Shown here: positions 17,786-28,187 of the stretch, one piece after another | Numbering within the stretch: the stretch's first letter is position 1 | How the letters are laid out: the number at the start of each line of letters is the position of its first letter | Assembly (NCBI GenBank): GCA_028717725.1 | Contig: JAQUNG010000002.1 | Span: forward strand, 1-56,399 | DNA length: 56,399 nucleotides | Direction of reading: 5' to 3' | Origin: a bacterium | Lineage (GTDB): Bacteria; Auribacterota; UBA6266 | Notes under the pieces: generated by a model | The model's database searches: none | Told to the model about the DNA's origin: nothing | The model's input: only the letters and a program-made list of their open reading frames with translations | Translations under genes and position numbers: made by a program

Positions 17786-20700
17786 ATGAATAAGAATTTT
17801 AAAAAAATAATTTCCCTGTTATTAATCGCTATTTTAGCCGCCGGCGCGAACGCATACGCCGCAGATAAAAAAGACGACCAGTTCATCAAATACCTCACAA
17901 GCAGGGAAAAACCTTATATTTTTACCGAACACAACCTGAAAAACGGGAAAGGGGGCTTTGTAAATACGGCTTTATGCAGAAGTTTTTACGACCCGCTGTG
18001 CGATCCCCCAACTCCGTACACAAAAATACGGAAAGGGGGAGAACAGTTTGCCATAGATGCCGCAAGAGTAATCACAGGCCATGATGAAATAGTTTATGTC
18101 ATATCGGATTCAGATAACAAACCCCACGGCCCTGCCGACGGGTTTGAAGACGGCCTGGGAAATTCGGCGTTTTTATACGATCAGGCTATGACCATATTCT
18201 GTCTTATAGACGCGGGACTGGAGGACTACGCGCAAAAAATAATGAACACCTACACCGGCAAAGTCTTCATAATGTTCGACGGCTACCAATATGAAGAAAG
18301 GCATCCGAGGGACCAGGGAGAATGGTTCGCGCCCGTAGCTCACAATATGATAGCCCTGAGTTTCGATAAATTCAGAGATGACGGGAAAATACCCAAAGAA
18401 CTTGATAAAGACGACTCCAGGATGCCGGGTTATCCTACCCTTTCGCCGGGCTACGAATTCGGTTATATAATCTACGGGAATACGGCCATAATGGACAACA
18501 AGCTCGATTTCCCGAGAGTAACCGAATTTAACGATTATCAGGATTCCGATGACATCGAACACCTTAAGGAATTGGGGGTAGACCCCGCGACCCTGCCGCA
18601 CCCCGAAGAAGGATTTTTCTACGGAGCTTTCTGGCCTTACGGTATGTTCTGCAATGTTTATGATATCGACAAAGAAATAGAGGAAGGCGCCGACATACCC
18701 AAGAGCGTATCAAGGTTGTGGCCCGACCAGATGGTGGGATATTCGAAATATTTTATGAATTATGAATATGTTTACAGGGAATGGGGTTCTTATTCGGGAG
18801 ACAACCTGTGGTTTTGCCTCTCCATCCTTTTTTACACTCACAAAACCGGTGACACATCATATCTTCCCGCCGCATATAAGATACTGGACACGATAGCCGA
18901 TAACCTTCAGGATTTTAACGGAGGCATACATTTCGGTTATTACGGCCCGCTCGAAACAACACCCGAGGCAACCGAACATTCGCTCGACTGGATGTTCTGC
19001 TGGAATTGGATAGAAAAACTTAAAAGCAAAGGTCTTATCGACAACGAACGTTATAAACTTTACAGAGAAGTGACCTATGGTAATTTAAACCTCAATCCTT
19101 CCGACATAAAAATAATAAATGTCACAGACCTGCCCGATGACGATAAAGCGGTCAAGGGAGCAAAATGGATGATGCAATTCCTGGGCATACCGTGCTCGAT
19201 TTTAAACATACAGTCCAAAGACGTCAGTCTTCCCCTAATGGGGACTAAAGTTCTTATACTGCCCAATACACCCGTTTCAAAATTAAAATGCACGACAAAA
19301 CTGCAGGATTTCATGGATAACGGGGGGTGTGTATTCGGGACATGCCGGTCGGCTCTTTACAATTCCCTGATGGGGGTTAAATTTCTCGGGGTTCAGGAAG
19401 TCGGCCCCATACAGAATTACGGAAGGAATATCGTTATCACTAAAATTTATAAGGACGGCGTAGATAACCCTTCGGAGATGATAGATGTAAACGAAAACTA
19501 TATGCCCGACCTGTCCGAAGTACAGAAAGAACCCGATGAGGCAGATAACTGGGAAGAGCTGGACGGGAGGCTGACTTTCGCTTTTGAAGCCGCGCCGCCT
19601 TACGAACATATCCTTGTCTGGTCGGCTCCCGATTACAAAAGAAGCAGGCTTGTTTATTATCTCCATGACCAGGGGACTGGCGAAGTGAGGGGACCGATAA
19701 GCGAGTTAAACTCGGGGCATACCCCTAATATCAGCGCGAAAGAAGACAGGACAAACAATTCGGGCAATCCCATTTCGACCAACCATTACACTATCATTCC
19801 CATACTTTACGGGGCAAACGAAGACGGGAAAGTGTCTCTTCTTCAGGCTTCGGCCGACCTGGACGGGATAGAGAACTGGGATTACCTCTCGTACAAATAC
19901 GAGCCCGTAGGGGATTTCCTCTATTTTAAAAAGCACGGGGGAAAAAATGAAGGGAAATCACTTTATTTCAGAGGCAACATGTTTGAGTTCTTTTATAATG
20001 TAATGACCCAGCAGGAAATCAAAGGGGTAAAATACAGCCCTTATATATCAACTTACATCCCCAATATGAAAGCTCATTCGCAGATACTCGAAAACGCCCT
20101 TACATGGTTTTTCACAAAAAACCTTGAGCCTTATTATACGGTGAACAAACCCAAACCGTTCTCGATGGATTCAAAGTCCTACGAAACCGACAGAAGGGAG
20201 GGAAACCTTTCGGCATACCTCTGGCGGTCAAAAAATCTTAAACATCTCGGGGTAAAAAATTTCCTTGAGCGTTCGGTCTGGGGAGACGCCGATTACGGAA
20301 CCCGGCTTCCTCCGGGATTTACCGACACGGGAAGAGATGACGATAACGACGGCATCCCGGATGATATCTATTATGAAAAACCCTGGCTCTGCGACACCGA
20401 TACATGGGGTTCTCCGGATACATGGGGCAGAGGAAAAATGTTTATAAGAGGTCAGCTCGACTTTGTAAAAGCGCTTGACACGATTGCTTCCTGGGCCGCC
20501 ATTTACTTCATAGAAGAAGGGAACGAACCTCTGGCGAGGGAGATGATGAAAGAAGCGGAACGGCTTATGAGAATAACTGTCACGGACGGAAACAAACGAA
20601 TTTCCGCTTACGAATATTGGGATTTGCCGAATAACGCTTTCGAGGACGACTTCGGCGACGCGATATGGCTTGAAGGAACAGGCCAGATGGCCTATTGCTA

Positions 20701-21040
20701 TAAACTGCTCGGGGACTACGAAAAATCAATCGAGCTCATAAAGGCGATTTATGATACTTCATATGAATTCACAAATGGGGCAAGAGGAGTCCCTTATTCC
20801 TGGCCTAAGAATAACATAATAGATACAAGAGGGCCCGGGCCGGCGGACGATGTAGTAAGGGAAGACGCCTTATGCCTGGCGGCAACGACATGGGCGTATC
20901 TTGCGAAAAATGATGTGGAAATCTTCGCGAAGGCGCATTTCCCAAGAAAAACCCTGGATAAGAAAAGAAAGGCTCTTTTAGATAAGTTGCGTTTTCCAAC
21001 ACAGAGCGAATCCATATTTTCCAACCAGAATGAGCAGTAA
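17786..21040 (+). CDS. Large secreted multidomain protein of unknown function
   Basis: Signal peptide ...AAGANAYA, 1084 aa. LYDQAMTIFCLIDAG-type alpha/alpha-toroid-like segments, central ThuA/GATase-like stretch (KVLILPN...MDNGGCVFG), DDDNDGIPDD Ca-binding-like motif. Confidence 0.8.
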   Translation: MNKNFKKIISLLLIAILAAGANAYAADKKDDQFIKYLTSREKPYIFTEHNLKNGKGGFVNTALCRSFYDPLCDPPTPYTKIRKGGEQFAIDAARVITGHDEIVYVISDSDNKPHGPADGFEDGLGNSAFLYDQAMTIFCLIDAGLEDYAQKIMNTYTGKVFIMFDGYQYEERHPRDQGEWFAPVAHNMIALSFDKFRDDGKIPKELDKDDSRMPGYPTLSPGYEFGYIIYGNTAIMDNKLDFPRVTEFNDYQDSDDIEHLKELGVDPATLPHPEEGFFYGAFWPYGMFCNVYDIDKEIEEGADIPKSVSRLWPDQMVGYSKYFMNYEYVYREWGSYSGDNLWFCLSILFYTHKTGDTSYLPAAYKILDTIADNLQDFNGGIHFGYYGPLETTPEATEHSLDWMFCWNWIEKLKSKGLIDNERYKLYREVTYGNLNLNPSDIKIINVTDLPDDDKAVKGAKWMMQFLGIPCSILNIQSKDVSLPLMGTKVLILPNTPVSKLKCTTKLQDFMDNGGCVFGTCRSALYNSLMGVKFLGVQEVGPIQNYGRNIVITKIYKDGVDNPSEMIDVNENYMPDLSEVQKEPDEADNWEELDGRLTFAFEAAPPYEHILVWSAPDYKRSRLVYYLHDQGTGEVRGPISELNSGHTPNISAKEDRTNNSGNPISTNHYTIIPILYGANEDGKVSLLQASADLDGIENWDYLSYKYEPVGDFLYFKKHGGKNEGKSLYFRGNMFEFFYNVMTQQEIKGVKYSPYISTYIPNMKAHSQILENALTWFFTKNLEPYYTVNKPKPFSMDSKSYETDRREGNLSAYLWRSKNLKHLGVKNFLERSVWGDADYGTRLPPGFTDTGRDDDNDGIPDDIYYEKPWLCDTDTWGSPDTWGRGKMFIRGQLDFVKALDTIASWAAIYFIEEGNEPLAREMMKEAERLMRITVTDGNKRISAYEYWDLPNNAFEDDFGDAIWLEGTGQMAYCYKLLGDYEKSIELIKAIYDTSYEFTNGARGVPYSWPKNNIIDTRGPGPADDVVREDALCLAATTWAYLAKNDVEIFAKAHFPRKTLDKKRKALLDKLRFPTQSESIFSNQNEQ

Positions 21041-21076
21041 ACTGTCATGTTGTGTCCATTATATCAACACTTTGGC

Positions 21077-21105
21077 TTGACACTTCCGTAATTTGAGCGT
21101 ATATT
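21077..21105 (+). promoter_or_regulatory. Consensus sigma-70-type promoter for the FHA-EBP/kinase operon
   Basis: TTGACA-17 nt-TATATT, 35 nt upstream of the ATG at 21140. Confidence 0.6.
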
Positions 21106-21139
21106 TGAGTGTAAGTTCCTGTTTCCGGAGAGAAGAAAA

Positions 21140-23041
21140 ATGTCTTTTTTAATCATTAATTACGAACTTCCTACCGAAAAGATAATAGAGATAAAGCCGG
21201 CGCCGGAAATTCTGATAGGCCGGGGAACCACCAACCATATAAATTTAAGCGACAAATCCGTTTCCAGAAAACACGTGAAACTGTGCTATGAAATAAACCG
21301 CTGGCGCGTAGAAGACGTTGGAAGCAGTTACGGGCTCTTCATAAACGGCGAAAGGGCAAACGAACATTATCTGAAAACGGGAGATAAAATTACAATCGGC
21401 AACACAGAAATAATATTTACCGAAACTCTCGAAGAAGACAGAAAAGCCGGGGATAAGACATTGCTCGATACTACAGGCTCTTCAACACATGAAGTTGAAA
21501 CCGATATAATGTCGATACTTGCGGGCGGCGATACCAGCTATCTGGAACAAACAGTAAAAAAAGACGACGCCGCTTCGGTCAAAGAGATGAAAAATAATCT
21601 CGCTTTCCTGTTCAGGCTGACATCACGCATCGCCGACATACTTGACAGAGAAGAACTTTTTGACGAACTCTGTCACAATATTATGTCCCATTTCGAAGCC
21701 GATTGCGTCGCGATAATGCTTAAATCCGAGGGGAATGGAATCCTTAAAATAGCCGCCCTGCTTAAAAGGGAACTGGCGCCGGAAAACCTGCCGTCTTTCT
21801 CAACGCCGACATTCGACAGGGTGCTTAACGAAAACGTGGCGGTTCTCGCGACACCGAAGGAATCTTCATCTAAAAACGGGCTTGCCGGGAATATTATGGC
21901 GGCCCCGTTAAAAATGAACAAAATATGCATAGGCGTGATACACGTAGAATCAACCGATAAAGAAAAATATAATGATTCCGACCTTAATCTTCTGTCGGCA
22001 ATCATCCATCAAATCGACAATGTCCTGAAAAATATAGACTTGAAGGAAAAGCTGAACGAAGAAAAACATGAGCTGGAAACAGCGCTAAACATTACCCACC
22101 AGATCATAGGCAAAGACACCGTCATTCAGGAATTATTGAGTAAAATCGCGGTTGTCGCGCCGACAAACTCAACTGTGTTGATAGAAGGCGAAAGCGGAAC
22201 GGGCAAAGAACTCGTTGCGCGGGCCATTCATTTTAACAGCAGACTTAAAGATAAAGCTTTTGTCGTAGTGAACTGCGCGACTTTTACAAAAAACCTGGCG
22301 GCAAGCGAACTTTTCGGGCATGTCAAAGGCGCTTTTACGGGCGCCGCGTACAATAAAAAGGGTCTTTTCGAAAAGGCAAACGGCGGGACCATAGTGCTTG
22401 ATGAGATAGGAGAGCTCGATATGGGAGTGCAGGCAAATCTGCTCAGGGTCCTTGAACACGGAGAATTTTATAACGTGGGAGGAACACAGCCCATAAAAGT
22501 CGAAATCCGGTTAATCGCCTCTACAAATAAAAATCTCGGGGAAATGGTTAAAAGGGGAATTTTCCGGCAGGATCTCTACTACAGGCTTAACATAATCAAC
22601 TTCAGGGTTCCTCCTTTGCGGGAACGGCCCGAAGATATTCCCCCGCTCGTAAAACATTTTATGAAAATTTTTATGGAAAACAGCCCGAGAAAAATAAAGT
22701 CCATATCGAAAGAAGCCATGGATGTACTGCAGACATATAAATGGCCGGGTAACGTAAGAGAATTGAAAAATGTCATTGAAAAAACAATGATTCTCGGGAA
22801 AAACGACCCTATTCTGCCCAATGACCTGCCCTATGAAATACTCCGCGGCATGGCGGCAAAAACCATAGACACCGCTTCAGCCGCGCTTTCCATCAAAGAA
22901 CTGGAAAAAAAACATATATTAAGGACTCTCGAACTTACCGGCTGGAACAAGAAAAAAACCGCCGAGATGCTCGGTATAGACCGCACAACTTTATACAAAA
23001 AAATCACAGCGTATAACATAGAAGAAAAACAGAACAGATAA
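21140..23041 (+). CDS. Sigma-54-dependent enhancer-binding protein with N-terminal FHA and GAF domains
   Basis: FHA (LIGRG...SRKHVKL...NG), GAF-like middle, AAA+ (GESGTGKE, GAFTGA, DEIGEL), C-terminal Fis-type HTH (AEMLGIDRTTLYKKI). Confidence 0.9.
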   Translation: MSFLIINYELPTEKIIEIKPAPEILIGRGTTNHINLSDKSVSRKHVKLCYEINRWRVEDVGSSYGLFINGERANEHYLKTGDKITIGNTEIIFTETLEEDRKAGDKTLLDTTGSSTHEVETDIMSILAGGDTSYLEQTVKKDDAASVKEMKNNLAFLFRLTSRIADILDREELFDELCHNIMSHFEADCVAIMLKSEGNGILKIAALLKRELAPENLPSFSTPTFDRVLNENVAVLATPKESSSKNGLAGNIMAAPLKMNKICIGVIHVESTDKEKYNDSDLNLLSAIIHQIDNVLKNIDLKEKLNEEKHELETALNITHQIIGKDTVIQELLSKIAVVAPTNSTVLIEGESGTGKELVARAIHFNSRLKDKAFVVVNCATFTKNLAASELFGHVKGAFTGAAYNKKGLFEKANGGTIVLDEIGELDMGVQANLLRVLEHGEFYNVGGTQPIKVEIRLIASTNKNLGEMVKRGIFRQDLYYRLNIINFRVPPLRERPEDIPPLVKHFMKIFMENSPRKIKSISKEAMDVLQTYKWPGNVRELKNVIEKTMILGKNDPILPNDLPYEILRGMAAKTIDTASAALSIKELEKKHILRTLELTGWNKKKTAEMLGIDRTTLYKKITAYNIEEKQNR

Positions 23042-25857
23042 TGAGAGATAAATTCGACAAAGACGATTTAAGCTTTCACAAGACTGAACCCCCTGTGAAT
23101 ATTCCGGCCGGCGTCAAAATTGACCAGGAAATCCCCCAGAGGATAGGTGATTACAAAATAATAAGTAATATAGGCCACGGGGCTATGGGAGTGGTTTATG
23201 AAGCTTACCAGACATCCCTAAAAAGAAAAGTCGCCATAAAAGTAATACCTCAATCGTTAAGCGCTTTTCCCGAAATCGTCAAACGTTTCGAGATCGAGGC
23301 TACTTCGGCGGCCCAACTGCGGCATCCGAACATCGTGACCATCTTTGAATTCGGCAAAGACAACCACATCTATTTTTACGCAATGGAATATATCCACGGA
23401 AAAACACTTGAGGACAAACTCAAAAAAGAAAAAATACCCCTTGAAAAGGCTCTGAACCTCATAGTGCGGATAGGCGAAGGCCTCAGCTATGCGCACGAAC
23501 ACGGCATAATACACCGGGACATAAAACCCTCAAATATAATAATCGACGAAGAAGGACATCCCCTTATCGCTGATTTTGGACTCGCGAAAGTCGAAGAAAC
23601 CGAAGAGATAACGTCAAACAAAGTGATGGGGACTCCTTCCTATATGTCCCCCGAACAGGCAAACCCCGAACTTAAAAACAAAATCGACAAACGTTCCGAC
23701 ATTTTTTCCCTCGGTGTTCTGTTTTACCGGATGCTTGTCGGAGAAGTCCCCTTTAAAGGGCGCTCTAACCTGGAAATAATCAAAAAAATAGCGGAGCAGG
23801 ACCCCAAATATCCGAGAAAAGCAAACCCTGAAATTCCGGTGGACATAGAAGCGGTTATCTTAAAATCGATAGAAAAAGCCCCGGCTAACCGTTACCAGAC
23901 TGTGCGTGAATTCATCGATGACATAAACCGGTTTCGAAACGGCGAACTGGTTCTCGCGAGAAGGCCGTCTTCCTTCGACAGGATGATAAGAAGGATAAGA
24001 AAATACAAATTTCTATCTATGGCAATCGCGGCTATAGTTATAATAAGTATATCGAGCGGAAGTTATATCATCAGCCAGAAAATTCTCGAAATGGCGAAAT
24101 GGACACTGATTTTTGAAGATAACTTCAACAGGCGGGAAATCGGCAATAATTGGGAAGCGTTCGTCGGGAACAGAAAAATAGATCTAAAAGAAGACCTCTC
24201 TGTCTGGAAAATAGAGAACGGGGAATTATCGGTTCAAAGCTGGGAAAACGCGTTTATAATACTTAAAAAAATCCCTGTGTCCGGCGACTTGAAGATGACA
24301 TTCGACGCATATACCGTCCCCCCGCACGACAATAACATACAGTGTTTCATATGCGACGAAACAAGGACGACGGGGTATGTGTTCCATATCGGCGGCTGGA
24401 AAAACCAGAAAACCGCCATAACCAAAGGCTACGCTCCCAACATACTGGATCAAACTTCACTGCTCAAGGTCGAACCTGACAGAAATTATAAGATAAAAGT
24501 GGAAAAAGTCGGCAAAAACGTAAAACTTTTTGTGGACAACAGGCTTATTCTCAGGATAGTCGACTATACGCCCTTTATATCGATGGAAAACCAGTACGCC
24601 GGACTGGACACATGGGGTTCACATGTAAAATTCGATAATTTCAAACTCTATAAATTAAGCACTCCCTTAAAAACATCCCCTCTTGTCGCGGGGGAAAAAT
24701 TCCTGGAAAGGGGTTTATACAGCGAGTCTATAAATGAGTTCAACGAGATAATTAACACTTATGCCAATAGAAAAGAAATAGTTTCCCTCGGCCAATTCTG
24801 GATAGGAATGGCGTATGAAAAAATGGAGCAATATTACCAGGCTATAAACGAATACCAAAAAATTATCAAATTGTATCCCGAATACGAAGACCTCGCGGCG
24901 CATTCGATGTACCATATAGGACTCTGTTACCTTTCTCTCGGTCTGGAAAAAGAGGCCGACAGGGTTTTTCTCGAATGTCTGAGGAAATTTCCCAGAAACG
25001 CCGTTTTAAGCAACATAGTATCGACATATACAAATGTCATCAACCAAAAACTTAAAGACCTGCGCGCCGATACGATCCATATTTCGGCTTCAGACCTTTC
25101 CTCGCTTGAAGAACATCTTTCGTTTCTTGTAACCAATTTCCCGGAACATAAGAACCTTTACTGCGACACTCAGGTCCAGATAGGTGAAGCATGGACCGAG
25201 TTCGGAGATTTGACAAGAGCAAGGCTCGCTTTCCAGAATATCCTGCTTTATTACGGTTCTTACAGGGCGCAATGCGCCCTCGCCCTGAACAAAATGGCCA
25301 ATATTTACAGGCACCAGAAAAGATTCGAAGACGCCGTATCGACATATGAAAAGGTAAACAGGACTTACGGCGACCAGAGATATATCTGCGCATGGAACCA
25401 AATCGACCTCTCCCACTGTTACAGGCTTATGGGAAAAATAAACAAATGCATTGAAGCCTTAAAAGACTGCATGGTCAAATACAGCGATATGAAAGAGCAA
25501 TACGGTTGGGCATTGATATGGCACGCCGACGTCTGCTACGACGTAAATGATATAGAGGACGCCGAACACCTTTTAAAAGAAGTAACCTATCAATTCGCAA
25601 AATCCGGTTATGAAGTAATCCATTCCATCAGCCTTTTTTATCTTGGACAGCTTGCATATAAAGACCTTGAACATGTTTTCTCCAACGGAACAAACGAATT
25701 CAATAATGACCCGCCTTATTTTATAGGAAGGAAATTTTATTTTCAGAGTGATTTCCCGCAGACAATCGAATATATGCAGAAATGCGTAAAAGAAACCAAA
25801 GGAATCGACTGGCCGTTAGACCTCGCGCTTAAATACATAGAAGATTTGTCGGAGTAA
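23041..25857 (+). CDS. Hanks-type Ser/Thr protein kinase with TM helix, extracytoplasmic ConA-like (DUF1080-type) domain and TPR repeats
   Basis: GHGAMGVVY, VAIK, HRDIKPSN, DFGLA, GTPSYMSPE. One TM (FLSMAIAAIVIISI), a WKIENGEL...FDNFKLYKL beta-sandwich, then TPR-like repeats. The start overlaps the EBP stop (TAATG). Confidence 0.9.
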   Translation: MRDKFDKDDLSFHKTEPPVNIPAGVKIDQEIPQRIGDYKIISNIGHGAMGVVYEAYQTSLKRKVAIKVIPQSLSAFPEIVKRFEIEATSAAQLRHPNIVTIFEFGKDNHIYFYAMEYIHGKTLEDKLKKEKIPLEKALNLIVRIGEGLSYAHEHGIIHRDIKPSNIIIDEEGHPLIADFGLAKVEETEEITSNKVMGTPSYMSPEQANPELKNKIDKRSDIFSLGVLFYRMLVGEVPFKGRSNLEIIKKIAEQDPKYPRKANPEIPVDIEAVILKSIEKAPANRYQTVREFIDDINRFRNGELVLARRPSSFDRMIRRIRKYKFLSMAIAAIVIISISSGSYIISQKILEMAKWTLIFEDNFNRREIGNNWEAFVGNRKIDLKEDLSVWKIENGELSVQSWENAFIILKKIPVSGDLKMTFDAYTVPPHDNNIQCFICDETRTTGYVFHIGGWKNQKTAITKGYAPNILDQTSLLKVEPDRNYKIKVEKVGKNVKLFVDNRLILRIVDYTPFISMENQYAGLDTWGSHVKFDNFKLYKLSTPLKTSPLVAGEKFLERGLYSESINEFNEIINTYANRKEIVSLGQFWIGMAYEKMEQYYQAINEYQKIIKLYPEYEDLAAHSMYHIGLCYLSLGLEKEADRVFLECLRKFPRNAVLSNIVSTYTNVINQKLKDLRADTIHISASDLSSLEEHLSFLVTNFPEHKNLYCDTQVQIGEAWTEFGDLTRARLAFQNILLYYGSYRAQCALALNKMANIYRHQKRFEDAVSTYEKVNRTYGDQRYICAWNQIDLSHCYRLMGKINKCIEALKDCMVKYSDMKEQYGWALIWHADVCYDVNDIEDAEHLLKEVTYQFAKSGYEVIHSISLFYLGQLAYKDLEHVFSNGTNEFNNDPPYFIGRKFYFQSDFPQTIEYMQKCVKETKGIDWPLDLALKYIEDLSE

Positions 25858-25874
25858 ATAATAGAAATCCGTTC

Positions 25875-27248
25875 TCAGGAAACGCTTTTTGCCGCTTCCA
25901 TATTGATTTCCGAAAAAGTGGGATGGGCGTGCACCATTTCCGCAACGCGCTTCAGGTTCAAGCCGTTGGTTTTGGCAAGCAGGAGCTCGTGTATCAATTC
26001 GGACGCTTCCGCTCCGGCAATGCGAACACTGAAAATATCATAAGTCGAAGGTTCGCATAATATTTTGATTAAGCCGTAAATTTTATCCTCAACAACGGCT
26101 TTCGGGCAGGCTTTATACTGGAAAATAACTTTTTTATAACTTATTTTTTTCTTTAATAACTCATTTTCAGCCGGGCCGAAACCCGCGACCTGCGGCTCCG
26201 AATATACCGCCATGGGGACAGCAGAAATATCCGCTTTGGGACGGCAGTCCCTGCCCGCTATGTAATCCACGGCGATTTCAGCCTCTTTCGAAGCAAGATG
26301 CGCCAGTAGCGGGGAGTTTATCGCATCTCCCACGGCAAATATATTTCTCTCGTCAGTCTGATAATAATCGCCTACCTCGATAAACCCTTTTGCTGTTTTG
26401 ACTTTTGTGTTTTCGAGGCCGATATTTCCCGTATTCGGAATCCTTCCGGCCGCAACGAGTATTTTTTCAACTTCAACGTATTCCTCTTTGCCGCCTTTTT
26501 TTATAAGGATTTTAAACTTATCTCCGTTCCCGCCGGCTAAAAAAACATTGCTCCCCGTATATATTTTTATGCCTTTTTTAAGAAAATATCTCCTGACAAC
26601 CGCAGAAATTTCTTCGTCTTCCTGGGGCAGAATATTGTCCATAAGTTCTACAAGATATGTTTCAACTCCGAAGGAATTCATTATATAGGAAAATTCTATG
26701 CCTATCGCTCCGCTCCCGATTATAAGAATGCTCCGCGGCAGTTTTTCAAGCATCAGAGCCCCTGTGGAAGAAAGAATGCGCTTTTCATCAACATCAAACC
26801 CATCGACCGGACGGAAACTTGAACCCGACGCGACAATTATTTTATCGGAACTGATTACCTGTCTACCGTTAACCGACAGTTCATTTTTCGATTTGATAAA
26901 AGCTGAACCTTCTATAAGCTCTACTTTAGCCTGTTTCAGCAGATAACGGACACCTCTGGAAAGAGTTTCTGAAGACTGTCTTGACTTTTCGAAAACTTTC
27001 TTATAATTAAAACTACCTGTATCCACACTCACACCCATATCTTTAAGAGTTTGTGCAGAATTAAAGATATTGGCATGATAAATAATGGATTTCGTCGGTA
27101 TACAACCAGAGTTTACGCAAACCCCGCCCGGAACGTCTGTTTCAATGACGGCTGTTTTTAACCCTAAACGGGAGGCTTTTATGCTTCCTACATAACCTGC
27201 TGGCCCACAACCTATTACAATTACATCATAATCAAATTTATCGGACAC
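25875..27248 (-). CDS. lpdA: Dihydrolipoyl dehydrogenase
   Basis: GCGPAGY FAD motif, redox disulfide CVNSGCIPTK, C-terminal HAHPT.SE interface motif. Confidence 0.9.
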   Translation of the reverse strand: MSDKFDYDVIVIGCGPAGYVGSIKASRLGLKTAVIETDVPGGVCVNSGCIPTKSIIYHANIFNSAQTLKDMGVSVDTGSFNYKKVFEKSRQSSETLSRGVRYLLKQAKVELIEGSAFIKSKNELSVNGRQVISSDKIIVASGSSFRPVDGFDVDEKRILSSTGALMLEKLPRSILIIGSGAIGIEFSYIMNSFGVETYLVELMDNILPQEDEEISAVVRRYFLKKGIKIYTGSNVFLAGGNGDKFKILIKKGGKEEYVEVEKILVAAGRIPNTGNIGLENTKVKTAKGFIEVGDYYQTDERNIFAVGDAINSPLLAHLASKEAEIAVDYIAGRDCRPKADISAVPMAVYSEPQVAGFGPAENELLKKKISYKKVIFQYKACPKAVVEDKIYGLIKILCEPSTYDIFSVRIAGAEASELIHELLLAKTNGLNLKRVAEMVHAHPTFSEINMEAAKSVS

Positions 27249-27503
27249 GGCTAACCCCTCGACATCTTTTTTGGATTTTGACAGAAAATGGCTTACATTG
27301 CAACCATATTATTCTGGAGCATCGTATAATTTTACAAAAAATATGTTTATGCATGTTATTTCTACATGTTTTCCGGATATGTCGTTATTATCAACACATA
27401 TTGATGTTAGCGTTATCAAAAGCATTCTTCCCTCCAAAAAGCTCTTGTCATATTTCTTTGCGCCTCAATATATTAAAAAAATATCCCAAGATTTATAATT
27501 TTA

Positions 27504-27519
27504 TGGCACAAGACTTGCA
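27504..27519 (+). promoter_or_regulatory. Sigma-54 (-24/-12) promoter
   Basis: TGGCAC-aagac-TTGCA exactly matches TGGCAC-N5-TTGCW, 42 nt upstream of the ATG at 27561. Confidence 0.7.
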
Positions 27520-27560
27520 ACATAAATACTATTGGATTTAAAAAGAGGAAGGAGGAACAA

Positions 27561-28154
27561 ATGAAAAAGCTTTGGGTAGCAAACATCACACTGATATTGA
27601 TACTTGGTTTTTGCCAGGCGTCCATAGCAGCGCCGGAACAGGAAATGCCTTTCAGCGTTTATTCCGACAACATGGCAAGAGGAAATCACTTTATACCTTC
27701 AGGCTGGATGGGAGACTTCCACGCAATCAAATTTTCCCCCACAGCAAAAGAAAACCCCCAATCTGGGCAGCATTGCATTAAAATCAGCTATAACCCCGGC
27801 GATAACGTAAAAGCCGGCTGGGCTGGAATCTACTGGCAAAACCCCGCGAATAACTGGGGTAAAGTAAAAGGCGGATTCAATCTCGTAAAAGCTAAAAAAG
27901 TAACTTTTTGGGCAAGGGGCGAGAATGGCGGCGAAATCGCGGAATTTAAAGTCGGGGGAATCACCGGCGAATATAGTGACACCGATTCAGCCTCTACAGG
28001 CCCTGTAGATCTTACAAAAGAATGGAAAAAATATGAAATAGACCTTGCCGAACTTGATCTTTCTTACATAAGCGGAGGATTCTGCTGGGTTTCCAGTTAT
28101 ATGGACAACCCTGACGGCATCACCCTGTATATTGATGAGGTAAAATACGAATAA
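27561..28154 (+). CDS. Secreted beta-sandwich (carbohydrate-binding-module-like) protein
   Basis: Signal peptide ...CQASIAAP. GWAGIYWQNPANNWG and LYIDEVKYE resemble CBM/galactose-binding-like folds. Confidence 0.65.
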   Translation: MKKLWVANITLILILGFCQASIAAPEQEMPFSVYSDNMARGNHFIPSGWMGDFHAIKFSPTAKENPQSGQHCIKISYNPGDNVKAGWAGIYWQNPANNWGKVKGGFNLVKAKKVTFWARGENGGEIAEFKVGGITGEYSDTDSASTGPVDLTKEWKKYEIDLAELDLSYISGGFCWVSSYMDNPDGITLYIDEVKYE

Positions 28155-28187
28155 CGGATAACAGGCGGATTCTTCTACCCCTCGTGG

